Notes: generated by a model not told the origin, from the letters alone. DNA of 32,000 bases from Trichodesmium erythraeum IMS101 (GCF_000014265.1 NC_008312.1:1350001-1382000), one strand, 5' to 3'; counted from the first letter of the stretch, positions 9,338 to 21,358 are shown. Program-made: numbers and translations.

Positions 9338-9704
9338 CCGTTTAACTTAAAAATTTAGTTAGTGATAGCCTATAAACAGGAAATGCTAGATTCCCGAAGC
9401 ACGAAAACCAAAATTTTCAGGAAGGGAAAATTTTTCATACCTTAGCCGAAAGATATTTCAGTTACCAGTCATTAGTATTCTAACTGCTTCATAACACTGA
9501 TATAAAACATCACAACTAGTAATAACAGTAATGTTTACTTCCAGCTTTTACCAGATAGCTAATAATCAGAATCCCATACCAAGAGCAAAAATAGTTTCAT
9601 AGGCATCAACAGTTAAGGAAACCCTATCTCTCAATTATTCCCAGCTAAAATATTAAATGTTCAACCTAAACCAATATTATACCCAATATTTTTAATTTTT
9701 ATTA

Positions 9705-11642
9705 TTATTTAGCTGGTATTTTGTCAGAGTTACTTTCGAGAACTACATTAGGAATAGGTACTTCTTCAACTGCCGGATGTCTTTCTATAGTTAAAGCTGT
9801 TTGCTGAGAACCAGATAATCTTTTCAGAAGTTTAGGTTTTGGGTCATGTAACAAATAAATAATCTGGTCTCTTGGTTGCCAATTTTCACTAGCAGGTAAT
9901 ACTTGAAGACTTCCTTGTCGTTCTACCAAAAGTGGTATTAATGCCCCAGACTGAATCAGTGCTTTAAGATGAGTCTTTTGAAACTCAAATCCCAATTCCT
10001 TAAGCACTGTCTCACCTAACTTCACCTCTTGATCATCAAGATATTGATTCCAACTTTTCAGATTTAATTCAGTTGTAAATGCTTGTTGAACCTTTTCTTT
10101 ATTATGATGATTTTTCTGCTGGGGACTTTTTGGATAAACAGCTAGTACCCTTGGTGGCTTAAACTCCTCTGCTGCTCTTTGAGCCAAAACTAAATTTACT
10201 TCCCCATTGTTAGTCATTGCTAAGAAAGTTCCTACTGATTCTAAGCCAGCTTCTTCTAGGACATTAACATCTAAGGCACTACTTTTATATGCTTGTAAAC
10301 CTTCTTTCTCTGCCTGCTTACAAGATTCTTCATCTGTATCAATTAGTACCATTGATTCACCCCTGTCTTTAAATATCTTTCCAATTAATCGAGATAAAGG
10401 ATTTGAACCTACTATAACAGCACCAGTAGCAGCACTAGAAGTAATTCCTAAAAATTGAGCCACAAATTTTGCTGTCAACCCTTGACTAAAAACTGTCATC
10501 ATAATTGTCAAGAATACCAAAGCTTTAATAGAGTCACCACCATTGATACCATTCTGAGTTAACAAGATAGCAAACAAAGAAGAAACTGAAGCAGAAACTA
10601 TTCCTCTAGGAGCAACCCAACTAACAAACATCTTTTGTCGCCAATTAAGCTGACTATTCCAAGTACAAATTAATATATTGAGAGGACGAACCAGAAACAT
10701 CAAGCTCAAAACTGTAAATATACTTCCCCAACCTAGGGCAACAACACTTGCCAAAGATAGGTCTGCCGCTAATAGAATAAACAATACTGAAACACCTAGC
10801 ATTGTCAGTTGTCCTTTGAAGCGCCTAATTAATCGCAATTCTGGTATTTCAGCAGCTCCAACTACTATCCCGGCTACTACTGTGGCCATTAACCCAGATT
10901 CACTGCCGACTACTTCTGCTAGACCAAACATCCCCCACAAAGCAGCTAAAACCACTAAGTTTGCTAACTCTTCAGAGAGAAATTTGGCTCTTTTCAAACT
11001 AAACCCAAGTAGCCAACCTCCTGTCCCACCAATAATAGTGCCCATTCCTAAGCGCACAACTAGGTCTCTAAATAATCCTATAGGGGCAGCACCTTCATTT
11101 AAGACAATATTAAGTACCAATACGGCTAGAATTGCTCCTATAGGATCAATGAGAACTCCTTCTCCCTCAAGCAAAGTAGCTAATTTTCGGTCTACTGATA
11201 CCTGTTTGAGCAATGGTCCTACTACTGTTGGCCCTGTAACAACTACTAGGGAAGCATACAAAAATGCAATTGGCCAAGGAAATTCTCCTAACCAGTGAGC
11301 AGCCATACCTCCACCAATTAGTGTGATTAATGTCCCTATAGTAACTAAGTTGCGGATACTGCCCGAAACTCTTCCTAATTCTCTTAGTTTCAAATTGAGG
11401 CCACCTTCAAACAAGATTAGGGCTACAAATAGAGAGACTATAACCTCTAGACCACTTCCTAATAGGTTTGGATGTACTAAGCCCAAACCATCTTTACCCA
11501 CTAAAATACCAAATAGTAGCAAAAAGACTATTGCAGGTACTTTAAGGTAGGCAGCCACAACTTGGGAAGCTATACCACTAGCTACTGTAAGGATAATCAG
11601 CAGAGTTATATTAAACGGTATTTCCATAAGCGTTTTTTCCAA
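9705..11642 (-). CDS. Cation:proton antiporter (CPA1/NhaP-type Na+/H+ exchanger) with C-terminal RCK/TrkA domain
   Basis: About 12 hydrophobic helices are present, with LIDPIGAILAV and WVAPRGIVSA motifs typical of Na+/H+ exchangers. A Rossmann-like TrkA-N segment follows (AVIVGSNPLSRLIGKIFKDRGESMVLIDTDEE). The track start is a TTG at 11642. An ATG five codons in (11627, MEIPFN...) is an alternative start. Confidence 0.9.
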   Translation of the reverse strand: MEKTLMEIPFNITLLIILTVASGIASQVVAAYLKVPAIVFLLLFGILVGKDGLGLVHPNLLGSGLEVIVSLFVALILFEGGLNLKLRELGRVSGSIRNLVTIGTLITLIGGGMAAHWLGEFPWPIAFLYASLVVVTGPTVVGPLLKQVSVDRKLATLLEGEGVLIDPIGAILAVLVLNIVLNEGAAPIGLFRDLVVRLGMGTIIGGTGGWLLGFSLKRAKFLSEELANLVVLAALWGMFGLAEVVGSESGLMATVVAGIVVGAAEIPELRLIRRFKGQLTMLGVSVLFILLAADLSLASVVALGWGSIFTVLSLMFLVRPLNILICTWNSQLNWRQKMFVSWVAPRGIVSASVSSLFAILLTQNGINGGDSIKALVFLTIMMTVFSQGLTAKFVAQFLGITSSAATGAVIVGSNPLSRLIGKIFKDRGESMVLIDTDEESCKQAEKEGLQAYKSSALDVNVLEEAGLESVGTFLAMTNNGEVNLVLAQRAAEEFKPPRVLAVYPKSPQQKNHHNKEKVQQAFTTELNLKSWNQYLDDQEVKLGETVLKELGFEFQKTHLKALIQSGALIPLLVERQGSLQVLPASENWQPRDQIIYLLHDPKPKLLKRLSGSQQTALTIERHPAVEEVPIPNVVLESNSDKIPAK

Positions 11643-12056
11643 GTCTTACCAGCTTTTTTCTCAGGGTTCAAATTTTGGCTCTGAAATTTTCTATTTTAAT
11701 TTTTGCTGGTTAGTTTTTCTAGATTTTTTTGATTTAGGGACTAAGTTCTTATTTTTTTTGGTTGATTAATTCTTGATTTTAAACCATATTTTTGGCAGTA
11801 ATTCTTTATATAAAACAATTTAACTACTAAGCTTTTTATTTTTTCATTAATTTATTTGATGGCCTAATTTATTTTTGTATACATTGAATAATTTTTGTCC
11901 ATTTTTTGCTAAAAAGAGATTCATATATTTTTATTATAACTACTATTAACAAAAGTGGAACTATACTGAATTTTTCACTCTTGCAGAAATAGAGATAATT
12001 TATATAATTTTCTAATCGTACACTAATATTAATAGTATTTATGGTGATGGCGTCAA

Positions 12057-12982
12057 TTGATGAAAGCTAATTCTATAGACTTAAGAAAAAGAATACAGAT
12101 ATTTGGGATTATGGAAAAAAATCTACCAATAAACTATATCAAAGGTTTAGAAGGTTTAGGGTTAGTAAAAGTGTTATTCAATGAGTTGAGTCAAAAAGTA
12201 TCAAATAAATGGAGATATTATACCTTGAACTCAAGGTGTAAGCCCTCCTTATAAATTAAATAGTGAAGAGTTAGTAATCTGAGTATAAATAATAGATAAA
12301 AATAATAAGGCAGCTAATGAATAATTATGTAATTTACTGGAACCTGGCACAAAAGTAAAAGGGATAAAAGTATAATTAGTCAAAATTTATGCTATAGCCT
12401 TTAGAAAATATATATACGCCTGAAAAATTAAATTTTAAATTCAATCTGAAAGATTAGAACATCAGGAAATAGTCATAGAAATTAAGGTAGATAATTTAGT
12501 TTTATAGGTTAATTAGGATTGAGTATAACACAGCACTTCGACTATATACTATAGCATTAAAAGAGATAATGGCTAGAGGAGAAACACGGATCAAACTAGA
12601 ACAAAATATTTTGACATTGAGGGGCTATGTATTCAGAAAAAGTTTTTAATATTTATGCAGCAGTGGACGGAGTAATTTTGGGGTGCATAGCATTCGATAC
12701 TAAAGCTTTTCTGCTTAAAGAAGTAGTAATATTAATTGTTGGATAGACTTTTTGTCATAATGGATAACCTTAAAATTCCTAAAAAGGAGAAATAGTAAAA
12801 TAAATTATTGAAGAAATTGAAGATAGTCTCACATATCTACTTAACCTCCTAATTCACCATAATTTTCCTTCTATTAAAATTTTTATCAAGGTTTAATTGA
12901 TGCTATTACCTAAGAGATATTAGAAATTACTCAAAAAAAAGATATTCGCAACTGGTTTACCCATTGTTGTTATTACAACTGA
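12057..12982 (+). pseudogene. Decayed IS630-family transposase (multiple stops and frameshifts)
   Basis: Fragments in shifting frames are SIDLRKRI (N-terminal HTH), FVIMDNLKIPKKE (DDE region, compare IMDNxxIHK) and the terminal KDIRNWFTHCCYYN* ending at 12980-12982. No continuous ORF is present. Confidence 0.6.
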
Positions 12983-14009
12983 ACTTTCCCCCTACAAATG
13001 TACTATAATTTCTAGGAAAAAATATCTATCAATACTTTTACTTACCCTATCTCCTACTTCCATATATGGATACAAAAAATATGTTTTAATTTATGAATAG
13101 GGATTGCCATATAATAAAAATTAATAATAAAAATTATACATATACAACAGCATAGCTCAAGATACTCAAATGGTTAAACATCAGAGCTCTTTTCTTGTGG
13201 ATATTTTTAGTGAAAAAATTGCGGTTAACTACCTTCAAGTGGGAACTTAGTGATTTTTATCAGGAGGAAAGTTCAGTTTTCTTTATGAATAAAAAAACGT
13301 ACTAATTAGTCGGTTAGGTGAGAATAATTTCACTATATCCTATTGCTATAACCAGCTCAAGAACCAAATATTCCACACTTAACGCCGTTTTAAGAGTTCT
13401 TTGATAAATAACTTCTATAAATTTAATCACTAATTAGTTAGTAACTTTCCTGGTTATAGTAATCTATTATTCATCGATAGTTTGCTAATTTATCCGTTAG
13501 TAAATTTATGCATTTTATCCCCAGATAACTGCCGATAAATAGAATAAATTATCCTCACAGGTATATTAGCAAATTGAGCTAAAATCAAATTATATAAATA
13601 ACCATATTGGGGATTATTTTTTAGTAACAAAAGTTCGGAAAATATATAATTTTTTTTAGTTATTCTATATTCACGAGGATTATATTCTATCCTAATTTGT
13701 TCTGGTTGAAGCAGTATATGACCAATAATTTTTCCTTTTTTATAATACCTAGCTTTAATAGAAAGCTCAAGTCATCTATCCAGCTACCAGAAAGGAAAAT
13801 ATTTAAATAGTAAAAAAAATTATTGTATATATAAATATCTGCCAAAGTTGCTTGTAGCATTTGATTATTCCATACTTTTTTCTCCAATTTTTTTGTATGA
13901 CGTATATGCTAATTTTTTATATCCTTGAAAATATATAAAGGATCGAGTTTATTATACAAAGTATAGTTATTTTAAATAAAACTGAGACACTATTTGGCAC
14001 AATAATTAC

Positions 14010-14843
14010 GAATAAATTCATCAAGAGATGTATTGATAGGTGAATATATTCTAGCTCTTTTTAATGCGCTAAAATCATGTTCTTAGTTATTTAAATCAGG
14101 AGAGTATTTTGACAAAAATAGTAATTGGTGACCCCATGCTTCTACTAATTCTCTAATAACGTTTTTTCGTAATTAATGGTGAATTATCCGTGCAGCAGTA
14201 CACTGGGAATTTTTAATGATGGTAATAAATGTTTATCTAACCATTGTTCAAATCCCACAGCATTTAGACTTCCTTTGAATATAATTGGTGCTATTAAATC
14301 TTTTTCCTTTTTTCTTCTCCCGGCTACTAAATTTTCTCTTTTACCTCGTTTTCCCTCTTGCTCACCATAAACTTTTTTCCCTTTTTTTGACTAGGAATAA
14401 ATACAGTCTTGATTCTCTTAAAATTCTAATTCATCAATAAATACAAGGCTTTTACTTCTAAATTTTTTGATTAAATTTCGAGGGAAAGCTGATAATATTT
14501 TATCCTTTCTTCTCTATTTATTTCTCTATAACAAAGTGGTTTCTTTTTTCAAGGAAAATTCATTATTTTTAAAGTATAAAATATAGCTGGTTGATTAACT
14601 CCAAATTTTTTAGCTCTGTCTGACAATGAGCGACTATGGATTTGGTTTTACATCTTTTTCTAATTCTTTCCAATCTAATTTTCTTTGACGACTTTTTACC
14701 TTAGTTGCTGACAATTTTGGGCGAAATAACCATCTATATATCGAAGCTATTCCTATCCCAAATGTATGAGCTGCTTTGGTAATTGTACCGCCATTTTCTA
14801 CAAAATTTATTACTTTTTGTCTGAAGTCTAAACTGTAAGGCAT
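14010..14843 (-). pseudogene. Decayed IS630-family transposase; the N-terminal HTH ORF is intact (14634-14843) and the DDE part is broken
   Basis: MPYSLDFRQKVINFVENGGTITKAAHTFGIGIASIYRW is a typical IS630 OrfA/HTH. Downstream minus-strand fragments read VFIDELEF, KVYGEQEGKRGKRENLVAGRRKKGKDLIAPIIFKGSLNAVGFEQWLDKHLLPSLK and LLENS..KHGVTNYYF. They are interrupted by several stops. Confidence 0.7.
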
Positions 14844-15169
14844 AGTTCAAAATGTTTTCTAGTTGACTTAATTTTATTATACCCAATTCTTGTTTCAATC
14901 TTAATTAAAACGACTATAACTATGATTATTTCTCCCATATAATTTAGTTTTTCACACAATTTTTTATTTTTTTTACTTACATCATAAGTCTTTATCTCAT
15001 AAATATTAGGTACTGCTTCCTAAGGAGATTTTAAACTCGAATCATAACCATATTTTAAGTTTTTTTTCTTGGTATTCAAACCCAACTATCAGAGAATTTT
15101 TTCAAATATTATTTGATTATTTTTGCAATATCTGGATGGATAAGTTCATCACAAAATCCTTGTGAAAAT

Positions 15170-15397
15170 CTATTTTTTTGAGGCATTTATCAGATTAGTC
15201 ATTCTTTGAATTATTTCTCCACAAAATAAGCTATTTATTTCTTGAACTCGCGGGCCGCTAATTGAAAATTTTTTTATTCCTGGAGGATTAACTAATATTA
15301 ATTCTAAATCTCCGTTAATTTTTCATAGAGCTTCGAGCCAATATTCGGGAATTCCTTCTTTGGTGGGGACTACAATTGAGAATGTTGGTTGTCTCAT
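15170..15397 (-). pseudogene. Possible fragment of a family-2 glycosyltransferase (N-terminal part, interrupted by stops)
   Basis: The minus-strand reading is MRQPTFSIVVPTKEGIPEYWLEAL*KINGDLELILVNPPG..., which resembles the GT2 N-terminal FSIVIPT...L..L......E(I/L)I(V/L)V pattern. The evidence is weak. Confidence 0.3.
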
Positions 15398-15967
15398 TTC
15401 ATTTATCAGTTATTAACATTATTAGGATGTCATCGTACTACTATATAACTCCTGGTTTACTACAAACAGTGAAGAAATTTAGGCATTACAAGTTTATTGT
15501 CAAAGAAAAAAAATGTTGGTAGACCTAGAAAAATATCGCCTATAGTGGAAAAAAGTTCATGTCTGAACTCTTTCAAACAGAGAGTTTTAATAGTTATGAG
15601 GTCAAGCGATCGCGCTTCTTCAAGAATGAAACTACCCTACTATATCCCCATTTCCTCATGTCTAGGATGTCCAGCATTTCCAGCTGCTGGAGCTTCTCCC
15701 TCAGAACCCCATATGTCTTTTAAGAGAATGAAAATACCCTGACCCCCCCCAAGAGGGGAAGTCAAAAGCCAAAAGTAAGATTCTATAGGCTCTAAACTTA
15801 GATGCTACAGTAATTTCAGCAAATTATTTCACATATATAGTTTTCAACTATTTGTAATATTCTTTTTTTCACCCTTGGTATTATTTATTAGTGTTTAAAC
15901 AAAAATAATATTAGTAGTTAATATTAGATATAATTTTATCTAACACTAATAACCTAACACCTTCTGA

Positions 15968-18049
15968 TTAAATCCAACGATTTTGACTTTGCTCTAAATG
16001 TTCCAATAATTCCTGTCTACTCAAAGAGGGTTTTTGACAAATCAAACCTTGGCAAACTAACCCCACAGAATTTTCTGGTAAATCAGTTTCTTTCTTATAA
16101 ATAACAGTAGGAAAATACTGAGTAATTAAATTGTTAATTTCTGCATCAGTTGTTCTAACTAAAGTTTGATTTCTGTACCAGTCTAGGGCAACAAATAAAC
16201 TCGGACAAGCCTGGGGAGATTTTTTCATTATGCTACTAAAAGCTGTTAAGGCTGACTCAGCTCGGTCTAGATAATATAATTCTTCAGTTAGTAAAGATAA
16301 ACGTACTAAATTAGCAATTGCTATGCCATTTGCTGCTGGAGTTGCGTTATCAATATAATTTCGTTCTCGTAATATTAATTCTCCAGTAACTTCATAAGAA
16401 GTATTATAATAACCAGCTGTTTCTTGACTCCACAAAAATTCATCAAATTCATCTTGTAATTTTATAGCTGTTTCTAACCAAAAATTAGTATTAGTATTTA
16501 ATTTTGATAAAGTTTCTAAACTAATCGAAGCCTGCTGTAAATCTAGCAATGCTTTAATAAACAAAGCATAGTCTTCTGACTGTGCAGTTACTGCAGGTTT
16601 TCCCTCATAATTTAGCCGATGAAAACGTCCATCAATCTGCTGATTTGTAATAATAAAATGAGCAGCATTCATGGCTAATTCTAGATATTCTAAGCTGTTA
16701 AATACAGTAGCTGTTCTTGCTAATCCAGAAATCATTAAACTATTCCAGGCAACAATCATTTTAGTGTCTGTTACTGCGGGAATTTTGCCAGGCCAGTTGT
16801 TATTTTTTGCCTCTTTATTATTTGTTGCTGGTGGAAAAGTTTCTATATTAAAAGGTTGCACACCATACCGTAGTTTAAATAATTTAGACAGAGAATTTTC
16901 TACAGTTTTACTTAACTCTTCTGCTTGCTTTCTTTGCAAAACAATTTTTCCTTCAAAGTTGCCATTAGGTTCAATAAAAAATTGTTTTGATAGTTCAGAC
17001 AATTCTTCCTTGGTTAACAAATTTTCTAATTCTTTATAACTCCAAATATAGAAAGCTCCTTCTTCTGGTTCGACCTCATCTGGAGTAGTAAAACTATCAG
17101 CATCTTGGGCAGCATAGAAAAATCCAGTGGGTGCTGTCATTTCTCTTTTTAGCCAATTTACTGTTCCAATAATTCCCCGTTTAAAAGCTGGTTTGTGATA
17201 CCCTGCACTCCATAAATTAGCTAAGTACTCAACAATTTGACCGTTATCGTAGAGCATTTTTTCAAAGTGAGGAACTGTCCAATTAGGGTCTACTGTATAA
17301 CGATGAAATCCTCCAGCAACATGGTCATAAATTCCGCCTAATGCTAGATTTAATCCCCTTTCTAAACAAACTTTATTGCTGTTATTTTGAGATTTAAAAT
17401 TTAACTTTTTTCCTTGTAAAGCAGCTTGAGCATAAGGTATCATTGGAAAGCTTTGTTGGGAGTAGCGATCGCCAATTATTTTTGTAATAACTTCTAAACC
17501 TTGTTGTAATATTTCTTCCTTTAAATCTTCTGCTTCTGGCAATAAAACTGACTTCCTTAAACCCTCCAACATTTCGACTTTTAAAGTGTCAAGTTTATTT
17601 TTTTCAAGGTCATAAAAACTCCGAATTTTTTGCAAAACTTCTAAAAAACCTGGTCGTCCATAACGAGGTTCAATAGGGAAATAAGTACCACCAACAAAAG
17701 GTATTAAATCATCAGGAGTTAAGAATATATTTAAAGGCCAACCTCCTTGTCCGGTTAACATTTGTAATGCTTGCATATAAATACTATCGACATCAGGTCT
17801 TTCTTCTCGATCTACTTTAATTGGTAAAAATTTTTCATTTAAATATTGGGCAATTTTTTCATCAGAAAATGCTTCTCCTTCCATAACAGTACACCAGTGA
17901 CAACTTGAATAACCAATTGATAAAAATATTGGCTTATCTTGCTGCTTTGCAGTTTCTAAAGCTTCCTCAGACCACGGCCACCAATCTACAGGATTTTCTG
18001 CATGTTTGCGCAGATAAAGACTTTGGGATTTAGCTAAGCGATTAGTCAT
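15968..18049 (-). CDS. Thioredoxin-domain protein of the YyaL/DUF255 (SSP411-like) family
   Basis: The N-terminus ENPVDWWPWSEEALETAKQQDKPIFLSIGYSSCHWCTVMEGEAFSDEKIAQYLNEKFLPIKVDREERPDVDSIYM is the characteristic DUF255 thioredoxin-like module. A long alpha/alpha-toroid-like C-terminal part follows. The product is 693 aa. Confidence 0.9.
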   Translation of the reverse strand: MTNRLAKSQSLYLRKHAENPVDWWPWSEEALETAKQQDKPIFLSIGYSSCHWCTVMEGEAFSDEKIAQYLNEKFLPIKVDREERPDVDSIYMQALQMLTGQGGWPLNIFLTPDDLIPFVGGTYFPIEPRYGRPGFLEVLQKIRSFYDLEKNKLDTLKVEMLEGLRKSVLLPEAEDLKEEILQQGLEVITKIIGDRYSQQSFPMIPYAQAALQGKKLNFKSQNNSNKVCLERGLNLALGGIYDHVAGGFHRYTVDPNWTVPHFEKMLYDNGQIVEYLANLWSAGYHKPAFKRGIIGTVNWLKREMTAPTGFFYAAQDADSFTTPDEVEPEEGAFYIWSYKELENLLTKEELSELSKQFFIEPNGNFEGKIVLQRKQAEELSKTVENSLSKLFKLRYGVQPFNIETFPPATNNKEAKNNNWPGKIPAVTDTKMIVAWNSLMISGLARTATVFNSLEYLELAMNAAHFIITNQQIDGRFHRLNYEGKPAVTAQSEDYALFIKALLDLQQASISLETLSKLNTNTNFWLETAIKLQDEFDEFLWSQETAGYYNTSYEVTGELILRERNYIDNATPAANGIAIANLVRLSLLTEELYYLDRAESALTAFSSIMKKSPQACPSLFVALDWYRNQTLVRTTDAEINNLITQYFPTVIYKKETDLPENSVGLVCQGLICQKPSLSRQELLEHLEQSQNRWI

Positions 18050-18308
18050 ATTAATGTTTATCCTAATTATGAATTATCTTGTCACCCCGTCAGGTTTTTA
18101 ACAATTGATAATTAACTTTCCTGAAGATTATAACCTATTTATATTTTTTTTACTTGATTGAAGTAAACTATTATGATTTAATTAGAATATTTACTGTTTA
18201 TTTAATCCTCAAAAGAAGCATACTAAATATTTGGTAGCTAAAATATTATTTGACTCATTTAAATTTATCTTTACCTTGACTTTAAAAAATACTGATGGGA
18301 GAAGATAA

Positions 18309-19092
18309 GGTGGAAATATTGTTTCTGAATTATATCCTGCTAGATTCAATAATAAAATATTTTTAGCAGCAGGTTCGGATCATATTTATGGTATTGATAT
18401 TGATAGTAAAAAGATAGTTTAATATTTTTATATAGGTTCCGATTTGGATGGTACTTTTGCTATTTCTAAAAAAGGTAAATTATTTTGCGCCATAGAGAAA
18501 AAGTTTATTCTTGGAAATGGTGGGATGGTGGGTTAGTAAAATTAAATCCTAATAAAATACCTCATAAAATTGTCAAATTTTCAAATGGTTCTTGCCTACA
18601 GGTAATATTAAATTTCCTAGTTGGTTAGGGGGTATTTTTGGGTCAGTAGCATTGAATGATGAATATAATAATTATGGAAAATTTACCGCTTTATTTGCTA
18701 CTAACGCTATTGATGGATATCTATATATTGGTTGCCAAAATTTAACTATAGAAAATCAAGTTAAAGGACTGTTGAAAAAATTTAATTATGATACTCCTAT
18801 AATTAAATTTAAGCATAAAATAGGACCTTCTATTTCAATACCAATTTTTACTGATGGAAAGAAATTGGTAACGGTTGGATACAATGGGGTTTATCTCTTT
18901 AATTTGAATTGGGAATATGCTAAATCTGACGAGAAAAATGCTTTATCTAATAACAAAAAATAATTTTTTCGTTTAAGAGTTGAAGTAGCCGGCAAATTTG
19001 CTGGTCAAATTTATTTTGAATCTACTCCTATTGTTTGGGATGGAATTATTAGAATTTGTGGTCTAGATGGTTAGTTATATAGTTTTGGTTGA
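18309..19092 (+). pseudogene. Decayed beta-propeller (PQQ/BamB-like repeat) gene; the track ORF 18592-18963 is its longest open piece
   Basis: Blade-like repeats are spread over different frames and broken by stops: NKIFLAAGSDHIYGIDIDSKKIV*YFYIGSDLDGTFAISKKGKLF, TNAIDGYLYIGCQN, TDGKKLVTVGYNGVYLFNL and STPIVWDGIIRICGLDG*LYSFG. Confidence 0.5.
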
Positions 19093-19251
19093 AGTAGATA
19101 TTGCTATTGGCTGAAAAGACTTTTTGTTCAATTTATTCTTTAAAAGAGGAGCTTATTTTTTGAGAATATCTCTTTGTAGGGGAGCAAAAGCATGCTCTCC
19201 TATTCGCCATGTGAAATGCTCCCAAATTTACTATCTAAAACCTAAAACCTA

Positions 19252-20169
19252 CTACCTTTTTAAAAGAAAATTATCAAATGTTTTTCTATCGGGCATTGCA
19301 GGTTGAGCGCCTGGTTTTGTAGTACATAAAGCACCAGCAGCAGCCCCCCATTTAACAGCTTCTTTTAATGATAAACCTGTATCTAATGCTGCTGCTAAAC
19401 CACCATTAAAAGCATCGCCCGCAGCGACAGTATCGATCGTTTTTACTACAAAGGCAGGTTGAAAAAATGCTTCTTCTTTAGTTGCACAAATAACTCCGCG
19501 ATCGCCTATTTTCACCACAGCATTTTTTACACCACGGTGACATAATTCAACAGCTGCCTCCATAGCAGTTTCTTGATTATTTACTTCAAACCCAACCAGT
19601 TGACTTGCCTCAATTTCATTAGGAGTAATAATGTCAATCAAATTATAAAAATCATTAGGAAAATTTGCTGGCATTGGTGCTGGATCTAGAATAACTTTAA
19701 CCCCCATTTCTTGAGCTACTTTTGCTGCACTTATAGCAACTTCCACGGGAATTTCTAATTGTAAAAGTAAAGCTGTAACATCCGATAGCAAATTTTTTAG
19801 GCGTTCTACATCTGTATTATTAATACTATGGTTAGCACCAGGAACAACAATAATATTATTTTCTCCACTAGCACCCACAGCAATAACTGCCACCCCCGTA
19901 TGAGTATTCTCATCAACTAACACATCTGTTGTATCAACATTAGCAGTGGACAAACTGACTAGAAGTTGTTGCCCAAAGCTATCATTTCCGACTCGCCCCA
20001 CTATTTTTGTGGGAATGCCAAGGCCAGCAGCAGCAACAGCTTGATTTGCTCCTTTACCGCCACCTGCGGTAAAAAAGTTGTTGCCATTAATAGTTTCTCC
20101 TGGAGTCGGTAAACGGGGAGTAGTTGCAATTAAGTCAATGTTGACACTACCAAAAATAATTATGCTCAT
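19252..20169 (-). CDS. rbsK: Ribokinase (PfkB family)
   Basis: The motifs are MSIIIFGSVNIDL...PGETI.G..F....GGKGANQAVAAA and the C-terminal DTVAAGDAFNGGLAAAL. The product is 305 aa. Confidence 0.88.
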   Translation of the reverse strand: MSIIIFGSVNIDLIATTPRLPTPGETINGNNFFTAGGGKGANQAVAAAGLGIPTKIVGRVGNDSFGQQLLVSLSTANVDTTDVLVDENTHTGVAVIAVGASGENNIIVVPGANHSINNTDVERLKNLLSDVTALLLQLEIPVEVAISAAKVAQEMGVKVILDPAPMPANFPNDFYNLIDIITPNEIEASQLVGFEVNNQETAMEAAVELCHRGVKNAVVKIGDRGVICATKEEAFFQPAFVVKTIDTVAAGDAFNGGLAAALDTGLSLKEAVKWGAAAGALCTTKPGAQPAMPDRKTFDNFLLKR

Positions 20170-21358
20170 AAGTTATTAGTGCTTTGAAAAGAATTACTTA
20201 CTGCTGGTAGTATATTGTAATAGTGGTCTATTGTAGTTATCAAGAGTTACCCAAAAACACCATATATAGTGCATAACAATTTTGGCTATTTTTACATTCT
20301 GTGAGTGTGGAAACCCAGCTAACGCCACGGGGAGTGAGGACTGAAATATTTATTCAAAAATCTTTAGTTATTATAATTAAACAAGTTTGATTCTAATTAA
20401 AAAATATTTCAATTCTAACACCAGATAATCCACTGATAATTTATGTGTAACCTTGTCAATAGTTTTTCCTATTTTCACTGCTAACTTTTTTAGAAAATTC
20501 CATACTAATACCCTAGAAGTTATAAGGTTTATTTGGATTTGTATGAGATGAAATTGACAATAATTTAAACATGTTAATTGTTTGATAATAGTATGAAATT
20601 TTCCATTTTTTATCTATATTGATAGACTCAAATTTTACAGCTCTAAGTAAGATTTAATTGAGGTAATATTTTGAAATATATTCTGCTTAAGCTGGCATAA
20701 ACAAAGAAAAAAAACACTTTTTAATGCTGTAAAAAGCCTTTCATAATTGATTATTTTTCCTAATATTTTTTCATTTATATACCCTAGGTTAAATGTTAAA
20801 AATTTTGTATTTTTTGAAATATTTTATATGATTAAATGCTAGGATTAATGTTTAAGTAAGAATCATATTTTTTTTCTAAATAATCTATTAATTTAATTAA
20901 TATTTTTATTGCATATACACTATATATTCATACAGTTTTAAATAATATTAATTATGATTTAAAGCTATTTTGCATAATTTAAATTTTAGTCAATATTGAC
21001 GAGTTATAAGATTATTAAATTAATATTTTTGCCACTAATATAATTATATCATTCTTGTCTAATTATTAAAGATATTCAGAAAATTAATTTGACAAATTGT
21101 CATTTATATTTTTAGATTTTTTGTTCTCTTATTGTTATAGCAATCCTAAATAATATTCGATAAAATATGATATTTAGTCAAATTAGCTATCCTAAAAAAA
21201 TATACTTTTTTATGATAATTTATCTTCAAAATAATTTAGTCTTAGTATATATAATATATTTTAAAAGTAATATCTCTCAAAGACTTTGTTGTACAAAATA
21301 TGATTAGATAGTAAAAATTAAGAAGTGAAAATGGTACAAAAAACTATAGTCAATAGGT

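Noticed and set aside
12057-14370. Short track ORFs 12057-12254(+), 13687-13887(-) and 14176-14370(+) as real genes
   Set aside because: 12057-12254 is the broken N-terminus of an IS630 relic. 14176-14370 is antisense to the other IS630 relic. 13687-13887 continues past its stop as further broken frames with no identifiable family.
15497-15742. 81-aa ORF MSKKKNVGRPRKISP...
   Set aside because: It has no recognisable family, no convincing ribosome-binding site and an atypical composition, and it sits in the decay zone. I treat it as chance.
19124-19306. 60-aa ORF overlapping the ribokinase 3' end
   Set aside because: It overlaps rbsK on the opposite strand. It also spans a dispersed-repeat-like hairpin (gtaggggagcaaaagcatgctctcctat, about 19167-19200) and heptamer repeats, so it is not coding.
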